Origin: Alphaproteobacteria bacterium
Lineage (GTDB): Bacteria; Pseudomonadota; Alphaproteobacteria; RF32; CAG-239
Direction: 5' to 3'
Length of the DNA: 64,000 nt
Assembly (NCBI GenBank): GCA_017470165.1
Contig: JAFUEX010000003.1
Span: 19,544-83,543 of the forward strand
The notes under the pieces were generated by a model. It was not told the origin of the DNA, made no database searches, and saw nothing but the letters and a program-made list of their open reading frames with translations. The translations under genes and the position numbers were made by a program. This document shows positions 55,752-64,000 of the stretch, one piece after another. Position 1 is the first letter of the stretch; each line of letters begins with the position of its first letter.

Positions 55752-57569
55752 ATGAACACGGATATGCAGCGTTTTTGTGATGAGCTGAGGGCCAAGATAT
55801 CCATTGTTGATGTGGTTGGCGCTAAGGTTAAGCTCGTGCGCAAGGGGCGTGAATATCAGGCCTGCTGTCCGTTTCATAACGAAAAAACACCCTCGTTTAC
55901 CGTAAATGAAGCCAAGGGGTTTTATCATTGTTTTGGCTGCGGCGCACACGGGGATATTATCCGCTTTGAGATGGAAGGCAACGGGCTGACTTTTATTGAG
56001 GCGGTCGAAAAATTGGCGCACAAGGTGGGGATGCAGGTTCCGCGCCTGAGTGCAGAAAGTCGCGAAGAACAGGAGAAGCGCGCTACGGCTTATGATATTA
56101 TGGAGCTGGCTGCCAAGTATTTTGAGCGGATTTTGCGGCTGCCGGAAGGGCGTGAAGGGTTGGATTATTTGTATGCCCGCGGATTTGGTAATGATATTAT
56201 AAGCAAGTTTCGTTTGGGGTTTGCCCCGACCAACAACGGGTTGAAGGCGCTGCTTTCTTCTAAGGGAATAGAAGAAAAGGAAATGGCGCAATTGGGATTG
56301 TTGACCATCCCTGAAGACGGAAGGCGCAGTCACGATTTTTTCCGCGGGCGGGTGATGATACCGATTATGGACAAGCGGGGTAAAGTTATCGCTTTCGGCG
56401 GCAGGGTAATGGATAAAAGCCAGCCGAAATATCTCAACTCGCCGGAAACTCCGATTTTTAATAAGCGTCGGGTATTGTACAACCTTAATTATGCCCGCGA
56501 CTTGGCATATGATGCCAAACGGCTGATTATTTGCGAGGGGTATATGGATGTGATTGCCATGAGCAAATATGGCGTGGGCTATGCCGTGGCACCTTTGGGT
56601 ACGGCGTTGACTGAAGATCAAATTCAAGAAGCGTGGAAAGCCGTGCCGGAGCCGATTTGCTGTTTTGACGGCGATGCGGCAGGCATCAGGGCTGCGGTGC
56701 GTTCGGTGGACAGGGTTTTGCCGTTATTAAAACCGGGGTATTCGCTGCAATATGCGTTTTTGCCCGATAAGATGGACCCTGATGAGTTTTTGAAGGCCAA
56801 GGGACGAGATGAATTTATCAAGACAGTAAGTGAGACCGTGCCGCTCAAAGATTTGCTGTGGCGCAAAACATTGGAGGGAAAATCGGTTGATACGCCGGAG
56901 CAAAAGGCTTTGGTGGAACAGGAATTGAAAACGGAGATTGCTAAAATCCAAGACGAGGTGGTGCGCGGATATTATGCTCGCGAGATGAAGGGAAAAATTT
57001 ATGCCGAGTTTAGAGAAAGACCTTGGATGAAGGAAACAAGAGAGCTTGCCGGACGCAACGGCGGTAATTACAACAAGGACAAACTCAAGACAAAATCGCT
57101 GATATCGTCCGTTAAAACCGATTTGGATGATTTGGTGGTCAAATATATGATTTCGGCGTTTATATGTTATCCGCGGCTGGCCGAGGAATGGGAGGAAAAA
57201 ATACCGGATTTGCTAATCAAAGATGAGCGACTGCGGCATCTTTATGCAACGGTGATGACCATAGTGCGGGACAGAGAAGATATCAGCGATGAAGCACAGA
57301 TGATTGCCGCGCTGGAAGAGGCCGGAGTTAAGGATTGGAGTGAGCTGGCGGATTTGCGGATTTTGAAAAAACAATGTCCGGATATGATAAAAATGCGCTC
57401 AAGCCTGCTCAAACGGATGACGGAGGTACAGTTGATGAAACTGGAATCAGATATTCGAGAGGCGCGCGCCAAACTTGAGACAGAAGATTTCAGTGCGGAA
57501 GATTATGAGCGCTATCAGGCGTTGCGCAAAGAAAAAGATGCTCTGTTGCAAGCCGAAGGTGAAGACTAG
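55752..57569 (+). CDS. dnaG: DNA primase
   Basis: Zinc finger CCPFHNEKTPSFTVN..YHCFGCGAHGD and a TOPRIM domain (ICEGYMDVIA..). Confidence 0.95.
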   Translation: MNTDMQRFCDELRAKISIVDVVGAKVKLVRKGREYQACCPFHNEKTPSFTVNEAKGFYHCFGCGAHGDIIRFEMEGNGLTFIEAVEKLAHKVGMQVPRLSAESREEQEKRATAYDIMELAAKYFERILRLPEGREGLDYLYARGFGNDIISKFRLGFAPTNNGLKALLSSKGIEEKEMAQLGLLTIPEDGRRSHDFFRGRVMIPIMDKRGKVIAFGGRVMDKSQPKYLNSPETPIFNKRRVLYNLNYARDLAYDAKRLIICEGYMDVIAMSKYGVGYAVAPLGTALTEDQIQEAWKAVPEPICCFDGDAAGIRAAVRSVDRVLPLLKPGYSLQYAFLPDKMDPDEFLKAKGRDEFIKTVSETVPLKDLLWRKTLEGKSVDTPEQKALVEQELKTEIAKIQDEVVRGYYAREMKGKIYAEFRERPWMKETRELAGRNGGNYNKDKLKTKSLISSVKTDLDDLVVKYMISAFICYPRLAEEWEEKIPDLLIKDERLRHLYATVMTIVRDREDISDEAQMIAALEEAGVKDWSELADLRILKKQCPDMIKMRSSLLKRMTEVQLMKLESDIREARAKLETEDFSAEDYERYQALRKEKDALLQAEGED

Positions 57570-57715
57570 GAAAAAACTTGCACAAAAATGCAACGCAGAC
57601 CCCTGTAATAAAATGATACGAATCGACAATTTAATCCTTGACAATTAAGGATGATTTCATTAAAAGAATAGCAGTTTAAACTATTGCAAAAATCGATTTT
57701 TTTTTAGGAAATCTA

Positions 57716-59791
57716 ATGTCGGATACAGATAATTCGGATGTGTATGAAGGCGCAGGCTCGGGCGATGCGCCGTTGATTGATTCTTTGGGCAGTGCGGTAA
57801 AAAGACTGATAGACAAAGGTCGGTCACGAGGTTTTATCACGGTTGAGGAGCTGAACAAGGCGTTGCCTTCAGAACGCGAATCTTCGGAGTATATCGAGGA
57901 TATTATGACCGAGATTTCGGATATGGGCATCAGTATTGTTTCCGAGTCGGACGCCGAGATGGGCGAGGGCGAGGCGTATAGTGACGGTGACGATCAGGAG
58001 CAGGAAGAAGAATCCGGCAATTTTGATGAAAAAGAGCTGGGGCGCAGTGATGATCCGGTGCGGATGTATCTGCGTGAGATGGGCTCGGTAGAGTTGTTGT
58101 CGCGGGACGGCGAGATTGCCATTGCCAAGCGGATTGAGGCCGGTAAGACGGTGATGATTGATGGTTTGTGCGAGAGCCCGATGACCATTAACGCAATTGC
58201 CAAGTGGCGCGATGAGTTGCTGGAAGGTGTGATGCAGCTGCGCGATATCGTCGATTTGGAGATGATGTACGGTGATGATGTCGGCGCGATGGATTTGGTC
58301 GACGAGGATACCGAGGCAGAAGAGGATTTGGACAAGGTAGCCCAAGAACTGGCCGAGAAAGAGAACCTTGATGATTTGGACGATGATTTGGGCACGGATA
58401 TCGATTTGGACGGTGCTGTTGATGACGAAGAGGATGACGCGGCAGATGATTTGAGCGACGGCGAAAGCGAAGACGGCGGTGAGGGCGACGGTGATGACGG
58501 CGACGGAGCGGCCAATCGTGCGGCAGCGTCCATCACGGCGATGGAGGAGGCGTTAAAAGAGCCGGTTTTGGATATATTGAACAAAATCTCCAGTTATTAC
58601 GATGACTTGAAAAAAATTCAGAATCAGCGGTTGACGGCGCTTATCAATGGCGAGAGTGTCACGCCGGTGGTCGAGAAAAAATATTTGGAAGTAAAGAAAG
58701 ACTTGGTTGAGTTGATGAGCTCGATTCATCTTAATGCCGCACGGGTGCAGCAACTGGTTGAGCAGCTCAATAACTTGAACAAGCGGCTGATGGGTTTTGA
58801 GGGTAAACTTTTGCGCTATGCTTTGAGCTGCAAAATCAAGCGTGATGATTTCTTAAAAGTTTATCAAACTGCAGAGCTTGACCCCAACTGGCTGGAGATG
58901 GTCTCCAAGATAAAAGACAAACATTGGCAAGAGTTTACCAATCGTTATGGCAGTGAGGTGGCGGATTTGCGCGACAATGTGGCAGAGATGGCCAAAGAAT
59001 GCGGCCTGCCTATCAATGAATATCGCCGGATGGTTGACACAATTAAAAAAGGCGAGCGCGAGGCTGAACGCGCCAAAAAAGAGATGATTGAGGCTAATTT
59101 GCGCTTGGTTATTTCAATTGCCAAAAAGTATACCAATCGCGGGTTGCAGTTCTTGGATTTGATTCAGGAAGGAAATATCGGCTTGATGAAGGCGGTTGAT
59201 AAGTTTGAATATCGCCGCGGTTATAAGTTTTCGACTTATGCGACATGGTGGATACGTCAGGCGATAACTCGTTCAATTGCCGATCAGGCGCGCACAATAC
59301 GTATACCGGTGCATATGATTGAGACGATTAATAAGCTGGTGCGCACATCAAGGCAGATGCTTTCGGAAATGGGACGCGAGCCGGTGCCTGAGGAGCTGGC
59401 CAAGCGCTTGTCGATGCCGCTGGATAAGGTGCGCAAGGTGATGAAGATTGCTAAAGAACCGGTATCGCTGGAGTCGCCGGTGGGAGATGAAGATGATTCG
59501 TCGCTGGGCGATTTTATTGCGGATGAGAGTGCTTTGCAGCCTTTGGATTCGGCAATACATTCCAATTTGAAGAAGACTTGCACGCGGATTTTGTCGAGTT
59601 TGACCCCGCGCGAAGAAAGAGTGTTGCGGATGCGGTTTGGTATCGGGATGAACACCGATCACACACTGGAAGAGGTGGGGCAGCAGTTTAATGTTACCCG
59701 CGAGCGCATCCGGCAGATTGAGGCCAAAGCGTTGCGCAAGCTCAAACATCCCTCACGTTCGCGCAAGCTCCGCAGCTTCCTCGACCAATAG
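57716..59791 (+). CDS. rpoD: RNA polymerase sigma factor RpoD (sigma70)
   Basis: Acidic region 1.1/NCR, then region 2 ([46 protein letters not shown]) and region 4 ([27 protein letters not shown]). Confidence 0.95.
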   Translation: MSDTDNSDVYEGAGSGDAPLIDSLGSAVKRLIDKGRSRGFITVEELNKALPSERESSEYIEDIMTEISDMGISIVSESDAEMGEGEAYSDGDDQEQEEESGNFDEKELGRSDDPVRMYLREMGSVELLSRDGEIAIAKRIEAGKTVMIDGLCESPMTINAIAKWRDELLEGVMQLRDIVDLEMMYGDDVGAMDLVDEDTEAEEDLDKVAQELAEKENLDDLDDDLGTDIDLDGAVDDEEDDAADDLSDGESEDGGEGDGDDGDGAANRAAASITAMEEALKEPVLDILNKISSYYDDLKKIQNQRLTALINGESVTPVVEKKYLEVKKDLVELMSSIHLNAARVQQLVEQLNNLNKRLMGFEGKLLRYALSCKIKRDDFLKVYQTAELDPNWLEMVSKIKDKHWQEFTNRYGSEVADLRDNVAEMAKECGLPINEYRRMVDTIKKGEREAERAKKEMIEANLRLVISIAKKYTNRGLQFLDLIQEGNIGLMKAVDKFEYRRGYKFSTYATWWIRQAITRSIADQARTIRIPVHMIETINKLVRTSRQMLSEMGREPVPEELAKRLSMPLDKVRKVMKIAKEPVSLESPVGDEDDSSLGDFIADESALQPLDSAIHSNLKKTCTRILSSLTPREERVLRMRFGIGMNTDHTLEEVGQQFNVTRERIRQIEAKALRKLKHPSRSRKLRSFLDQ

Positions 59792-59821
59792 GGCAGGGAT
59801 AGAAGAAAATTAATGAGAGAA

Positions 59822-59862
59822 AAAGTTTGACCTCCTAATTGTGTATTAGTAGGCCAAACTTT
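59822..59862. terminator. Imperfect long hairpin between rpoD and the 108-aa ORF (possible bidirectional terminator)
   Basis: AAAGTTTG..CCT.CTAAT / ATTAG.AGG..CAAACTTT pairs with two mismatches. There is no strong T tract. Confidence 0.4.
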
Positions 59863-59880
59863 ATGAATCATACAAAGTTG

Positions 59881-60207
59881 TTAATTTGTTGTGGAGAATT
59901 TTTGCACTTGAGATGCTTCCGCGCCTTGATTTATATCTAAATTTAAATTAAGGTCTATAGGGTCAGTTAAATCGTCAACACCTCCGGAGGAAGATGTCGA
60001 ACCATCGTTGGATAGAAGAATAGACTTGCACCAAATATAGCTGGTGTCAAACGGACAACGTACAATATTATTACCGCCACAGGATGAATCGGCCTTTTGT
60101 TCATATCCTTGGCAGACGGTATTTTTTAAGGTCGTGATATTGCAATCTTCAGCAAATGCTGGGTGCGTAAACAACAATATTGATAACATAGCAATATATT
60201 TTGTCAT
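59881..60207 (-). CDS. Secreted 108-aa protein with one five-Cys 'CPF' module
   Basis: Signal peptide ..LLFTHPAFA, then CNITTLKNTVCQGYEQKADSSCGGNNIVRCPFDTSYIWC and a low-complexity tail. Confidence 0.5.
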   Translation of the reverse strand: MTKYIAMLSILLFTHPAFAEDCNITTLKNTVCQGYEQKADSSCGGNNIVRCPFDTSYIWCKSILLSNDGSTSSSGGVDDLTDPIDLNLNLDINQGAEASQVQKFSTTN

Positions 60208-60219
60208 GGTTGAGCCTCC

Positions 60220-61785
60220 TTAATTTTCAGACCAATCGTTACCGTAATAATAAGCGCAGCGAACGTTTAATTCGTTGGTTCTATCTATGCTAGCCAAAGC
60301 TGATCCTATTACCCATTTCTTGAGTGATGCTTTGGCTTCGTCACATTGTCCGGGGTAACTACATTTGTACGACCATCTCTCCTCTTCATAGCTTTCACCT
60401 AATTTAGGAAGATATACGGCATTTTGGTAAATAGCTTCCAAACCATTATTCGCCCAATAGGAATCTGTGGTATGTGATTGAGTTGAACTCCATAATTTAT
60501 TACCCGTATAACCGGTTTTTTCTGTCATAAATGGAGTTCCGGATATGGCTTGTTTTAAGCCGTTATTAACAGTCTGGTAAACTTTCTGTAAGGCCAATAA
60601 ATCTCCATCAGAGGGTAGAAACCAAAACTTTTTTCCTTCCGGCATATTGTCGTTTTTGTCCCAGCAATATTTGGCTGCCGGTGTATAGAATGTAGCTTTT
60701 AGTTGATGCGGTTGATTGGAGGTTGGTATTGTTGCTTTATAGCGCAATGTTTTACCATTAACATTGTTCACTAAATAGCTTGTATCATGATAGCCTCCGA
60801 CTTGTGCGCTGGTGGAGCGATATTTTTCGGCATCTGATGTATTCGTTAGATGGTAGTATAAACCACCAGCATTAAGACAATCATACTGATCGGTTGTACC
60901 GTCGTTTTTAAAGGTACATAGATCTTTTTGGTTGAGTACGTTGTCTACAAAAGCATTCCAACGTCTTTTTAGAAAATAGCTATGGGAAGTTCCGGGAATT
61001 ACCAGTCCTTGTGTATAATTAGGGGGAAAATTTGGGGGTGTTGTATCGTTATCGGATTTGTCACCAAATTTTGTGAGAGTCCAAGTATCTCCCGTGTCTT
61101 TTTTATACTCGTTTCCATTTCCATCCGTCCAAGTCTCAATTGTAGTGGTAGCAAATGACGGTCTAATTATATCAGATTTAAATAGTTTAGCTAAGGCATC
61201 ACTAAACCAATCTTGCATAGAATAAGGAAAATAATCCTCCTCGGTATTTGTTTCTGTAAGCCATTTAATGTTGGAACCTTGATGGATGTCTATAGCCAAA
61301 TGGTTCTCGGTGTCGAAAACTACGGCCAATTGTTGCAAGCCCGCCGGAACATCGGCAAGAGATGCATAGCAATTATTGTCAGAATAAACTATATCACCAA
61401 CTTCACAATCTTTTGGGGTGTTGTTTGAAGTGCCGGCACAGAAGAATAAGTTGTCGTCAAACGGACAAGTTATACATTTACCATTGTTGTTGGTGGTGTC
61501 ATTATACCCCAACTCGGAGCAGGTGGCTTTGGCGCAGTCGATGCTCTCTTGGGCGGCATTATAGTTGCCTTGCAAACTGTGGGTGGTGGCATCGCAGAAC
61601 AGCGCGTTGGTGTTAAACGGACATTTGATGGCTTTATAGCCGCTACAATCGGTGGCAGTTTGGTCAAAACCAAGCTGAATACAAGTCGGGTGAGCATCAT
61701 TGCAGCCAAACTGGGTGGCATTGGCCGCTTGCGCCAGCCCCAGCGCCAGTGCGCTTACCGAACAAATTTGCATAAACTTCATCAT
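60220..61785 (-). CDS. Secreted 521-aa protein: two 'CPF' Cys modules plus a DUF1566/Lcl-like region
   Basis: Signal peptide ..ALGLAQAANA and two modules (..KCPFNTNALFC, ..TCPFDDNLFFC). These are followed by CEVGDIVYSDNNCY, LAVVFDT, WFLPSDGDLLAL, LWSSTQSHT and NVRCAYYY. Confidence 0.65.
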   Translation of the reverse strand: MMKFMQICSVSALALGLAQAANATQFGCNDAHPTCIQLGFDQTATDCSGYKAIKCPFNTNALFCDATTHSLQGNYNAAQESIDCAKATCSELGYNDTTNNNGKCITCPFDDNLFFCAGTSNNTPKDCEVGDIVYSDNNCYASLADVPAGLQQLAVVFDTENHLAIDIHQGSNIKWLTETNTEEDYFPYSMQDWFSDALAKLFKSDIIRPSFATTTIETWTDGNGNEYKKDTGDTWTLTKFGDKSDNDTTPPNFPPNYTQGLVIPGTSHSYFLKRRWNAFVDNVLNQKDLCTFKNDGTTDQYDCLNAGGLYYHLTNTSDAEKYRSTSAQVGGYHDTSYLVNNVNGKTLRYKATIPTSNQPHQLKATFYTPAAKYCWDKNDNMPEGKKFWFLPSDGDLLALQKVYQTVNNGLKQAISGTPFMTEKTGYTGNKLWSSTQSHTTDSYWANNGLEAIYQNAVYLPKLGESYEEERWSYKCSYPGQCDEAKASLKKWVIGSALASIDRTNELNVRCAYYYGNDWSEN

Positions 61786-61890
61786 AATACCTCTCCTCCA
61801 AATAATACATCAGGTCTATTATAGAATTTTTATGCCAATATAGCAATATATTTTTGGTTAAAGTTTCGTTAAATTTTGTGAGGAGAATGC

Positions 61891-61922
61891 AAAAAAAACA
61901 CCGATCATAAAGACCGGTGTCC
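61891..61922 (-). terminator. Intrinsic terminator after rpsU
   Basis: On the minus strand: ACACCGGTC..GATCGGTGT stem followed by T8. Confidence 0.65.
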
Positions 61923-61957
61923 TATCAAATTTAACTTCAAATAATCCTTAAATTATA

Positions 61958-62164
61958 CTAGAAGCCTTCGGTATCTAAGCGCTTGCGTAGCTGCTTGCGG
62001 GCACGACGCACGGCCTCCGCCTGACGGCGGGCTTTCTTCTCAGAGTTTTTTTCGTGACAGCGACGCAATTTCATCTCGCGAAAGATGCCCTCACGTTGCA
62101 TTTTCTTTTTCAAAACTTTGAGCGACTGTCCTACATCGTTGCCGATAACAGTAACTTGAACCAC
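61958..62164 (-). CDS. rpsU: 30S ribosomal protein S21
   Basis: GTG start after GAGGTGA: [57 protein letters not shown]. Confidence 0.9.
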   Translation of the reverse strand: MVQVTVIGNDVGQSLKVLKKKMQREGIFREMKLRRCHEKNSEKKARRQAEAVRRARKQLRKRLDTEGF

Positions 62165-62386
62165 TTAAATCACCTCACTTCATAATATAATCTAAAGGTT
62201 TACCCGACGAAGAGTATAGTTAGCATAGGAAATTTTAAAAATCAAGTACTTTTTTTAAATTTTATGATACGAGGTAGAATCCGGCACTCGGTAGGTGAAT
62301 AAAAAACAGGGGAGGAGGGTGATTTTGCCAATTATAACTCAGCCGCGGCAATCCGGCTATAGCTCTTGGTTACAAGGATGTGAGCA

Positions 62387-62544
62387 AAAAAAAGGATCGT
62401 TTTTTTTGAGCTTAAAAATATTATAAATTAAAACTTTTTGTTTAGCAAGAACTTTTTATATCTTGTTGATTTTTCATCATATTTCAAGTTATCATTTTCG
62501 GAAAATTTGCGATAAAAAATTGACTTTTAAACGATCCTTTTTTT
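62387..62544. repeat. 16-bp perfect inverted repeat bracketing a 126-bp AT-rich promoter-bearing segment
   Basis: AAAAAAAGGATCGTTT (62387..62402) and AAACGATCCTTTTTTT (62529..62544) are exact reverse complements. Confidence 0.7.
62420..62448 (-). promoter_or_regulatory. Near-consensus sigma70 promoter inside the IR-bracketed segment, currently pointing toward rpsU
   Basis: On the minus strand: TTGCTA (62448..62443), 17-nt spacer, TATAAT (62425..62420). Confidence 0.45.
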
Positions 62545-62574
62545 GAGGAGTGTGTATCGGAAAAGCCGGTTGTA

Positions 62575-62602
62575 TTGATGATTGTGTGGTCGAAGATATA
62601 AT
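62575..62602 (+). promoter_or_regulatory. Sigma70-like promoter candidate for the 62632 gene
   Basis: TTGATG (62575..62580), 16-nt spacer, TATAAT (62597..62602), followed by an AAAGGAGAG RBS. Confidence 0.4.
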
Positions 62603-62631
62603 CGCGAAGGATAATAAAAGGAGAGATTAAG

Positions 62632-64000
62632 ATGAAAAAACGGGGGAAGTTTATCGGCGCTTTGTTGGCAGCGTCAGCTTTGCCGATGGTTGCTTGGGGC
62701 GCGTGTCAATCTAATCGTCCATCGTGTGTGTCATTGGGGTATATTTCCACACAAACGGAATGCACAGGGCTGAATGCGCTGAAATGTCCGTTTGGTGATG
62801 CTTATTATTGCGGCAAGCGCACCGGCAGTTATCCGGAGAATTCTGCCGAAAGCGTTACTTGTGACAACCGTGATTGTGCCGGTTTGGGCTATACCATGAG
62901 CAGCGACCAATGCACCGGCCGGCCGATGATTAAATGTCCGTTCGGCGATGCTTATTATTGCGGCGGGGCGGCGGTGCGCAGCAGCAATAGTGAGTGCTCG
63001 GTGGGAGATATTATCGGCTCGGATAATAATTGCTATGTCAATTCGGGCGGGGCGTTGCCGGTCGGGGTGACGCCGGTGGCGGTTGTTTTTGACACTACCA
63101 ACAAGTTGGCTATTACTTTGGAGCAGAGCAGTTTGGCGTGGATGACCGGTGTTAAATTGTATCCCGACGATACAACGGGGAATCCGATAAACAATTATAT
63201 GAATACTGCAAATTGCGATTTTACAATGCACGCTGAATTTAATGAGCATTGTGCCAAAACGGCTCCCGGGGCTTATTTTTATGTGATGAATGATTTACGC
63301 AAGGTTTTGCAGCGTTTGGCGGATGCTGATTTAATCAGCAGAACATGGGCAATTGCAGATCTGCTGCCGACACCGGCCGAATCAAAGAGTGGTTGTGAGA
63401 CAGATGAAATATGGATAAAATTTTATACCAGAGGATGCAATATAAAAAATGTGGCGGAATATGCTGGTTGGGGGCAAGCAACACAAGAACTGGAATTGGA
63501 TTCTCCCATCGGTAGCGGAAGTTTGGAATATTACCGCACAACAAAAATGAAGACAGGAGGTTATGCTAATACGCAGGCTATTTTAGCAGTTAGCGGAAAG
63601 AATATTTATGGTGAAGGCGCTAGCGAGACCGGCACCTATACAACTCCGGCAGCTAAATATTGCGATGACAAAAATCCTAAACCTAAAATTGGCATGAACC
63701 CATGCTCTTCCACAAATACGACTTTCTGTTATACCGAAGTTAGCACGCATTATTTTCTGCCCACTCCGGGGGATTTGATTGAGCTGAACAAAAATTTTAA
63801 CATGGTTAACAATACCATTAAGGCTGTTCATGGCACGGAAATGACATCGGGAAATTATTGGTGGACGTCAACTCAGTCGCATACTAAAGGAAGTTATAAG
63901 CTGTCACCTCTTAACGGTAGCGTTACGGAGTATAAGACATACGACTATTTATATGCCTATCAGGTGAGGATGGGGCAGGGAAATGCCAATTTGGCAAAGG
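62632..64000 (+). CDS. Secreted protein: two 'CPF' Cys modules plus a DUF1566/Lcl-like region; 3' end runs off the window
   Basis: Not in the ORF track (no stop in window). My translation reads MKKRGKFIGALLAASALPMVAWGACQSNRPSCVSLGYISTQTECTGLNALKCPFGDAYYCG..CDNRDCAGLGYTMSSDQCTGRPMIKCPFGDAYYCG..CSVGDIIGSDNNCY..VAVVFDTT..TPAAKYC..YFLPTPGDLIELN..YWWTSTQSHT.. and is open to nt 64000. Confidence 0.7.
   Translation, partial: MKKRGKFIGALLAASALPMVAWGACQSNRPSCVSLGYISTQTECTGLNALKCPFGDAYYCGKRTGSYPENSAESVTCDNRDCAGLGYTMSSDQCTGRPMIKCPFGDAYYCGGAAVRSSNSECSVGDIIGSDNNCYVNSGGALPVGVTPVAVVFDTTNKLAITLEQSSLAWMTGVKLYPDDTTGNPINNYMNTANCDFTMHAEFNEHCAKTAPGAYFYVMNDLRKVLQRLADADLISRTWAIADLLPTPAESKSGCETDEIWIKFYTRGCNIKNVAEYAGWGQATQELELDSPIGSGSLEYYRTTKMKTGGYANTQAILAVSGKNIYGEGASETGTYTTPAAKYCDDKNPKPKIGMNPCSSTNTTFCYTEVSTHYFLPTPGDLIELNKNFNMVNNTIKAVHGTEMTSGNYWWTSTQSHTKGSYKLSPLNGSVTEYKTYDYLYAYQVRMGQGNANLAK

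Noticed and set aside
59881-61785. Diversity-generating retroelement acting on the DUF1566-like genes.
   Set aside because: The window contains no reverse-transcriptase ORF. I noticed no template-repeat copy of the 3' ends of these genes. The idea is kept only as a genome-wide check.
62165-62386. Small RNA, tRNA or small ORF in the long rpsU upstream region. Candidates were a GGAGG plus TTG 33-codon ORF and a GCCGGATT direct repeat.
   Set aside because: There is no cloverleaf or recognisable RNA family. The ORF has a non-ATG start and runs into the A8/T8 repeat. The 8-nt repeat is too short to be meaningful.
62731-63249. 172-aa minus-strand ORF and other minus-strand ORFs at 63335..63831.
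   Set aside because: They are antisense shadows of the plus-strand CPF/DUF1566-like gene (62632..>64000), which has a signal peptide, an RBS and clear paralogy to 60220..61785.
1-64000. Mobile elements, prophage, toxin-antitoxin pairs or known defence systems.
   Set aside because: None of the ORFs reads as a transposase, integrase, phage structural protein, nuclease-ATPase defence module or TA pair. The accessory islets lack flanking direct repeats or tRNA attachment sites.

Overview
This is a gene-dense 64-kb chromosomal window, roughly 90% coding. It fits best with a flagellated, diderm alphaproteobacterium. That is an inference from the flgF-flgG-flgA-flgH order, a FlaF-type regulator, a single long RelA/SpoT, and alpha-like ParC, LolCD, LptF/G and KdsA. 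Rubrerythrin hints at an anaerobic or microaerobic lifestyle.

The backbone is housekeeping: parC (partial), recO, kdsA, rbr, lptF/G, rplY-pth, slt, udg, clpP-clpX, lepB-rnc-era, acpS, spoT/rel, pncC, dut, fmt, macAB-like efflux, trxB, greA, uvrA, ssb, flagellar rod/ring genes, lolC/E-lolD, yqeY-dnaG-rpoD and rpsU. I found no rRNA, tRNA, CRISPR array, transposase, integrase, reverse transcriptase or recognisable phage or defence gene.

The interesting content is in small accessory islets and in non-coding structure:
- A family of three secreted proteins flanks rpsU. Each carries a five-Cys 'CPF' module I cannot name, fused to a DUF1566/Lcl-like C-terminal region.
- Two large orphan proteins without signal peptides sit in visibly AT-richer DNA: 789 aa (K/E/Q-rich) and 710 aa (HELQH motif). 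They appear to share a ~75-aa module.
- A promoter, a 20-codon leader ORF with 7 Arg codons, and a terminator precede a GNAT gene.
- A 73-aa protein with 10 Cys and 4 His is wedged between greA and trxB.
- FlaF occurs as a tandem fusion.
- An ArnT-like / GT2 / YdjC operon resembles the Francisella and Bordetella lipid A hexosamine modification route.
- A GH77-like pseudogene is multiply disrupted.
- Two promoter segments are bracketed by inverted repeats.
- A triple direct repeat lies in the leader of an operon encoding two secreted paralogs and slt.

Everything was read by eye. No folding energies, GC values or database searches were computed.
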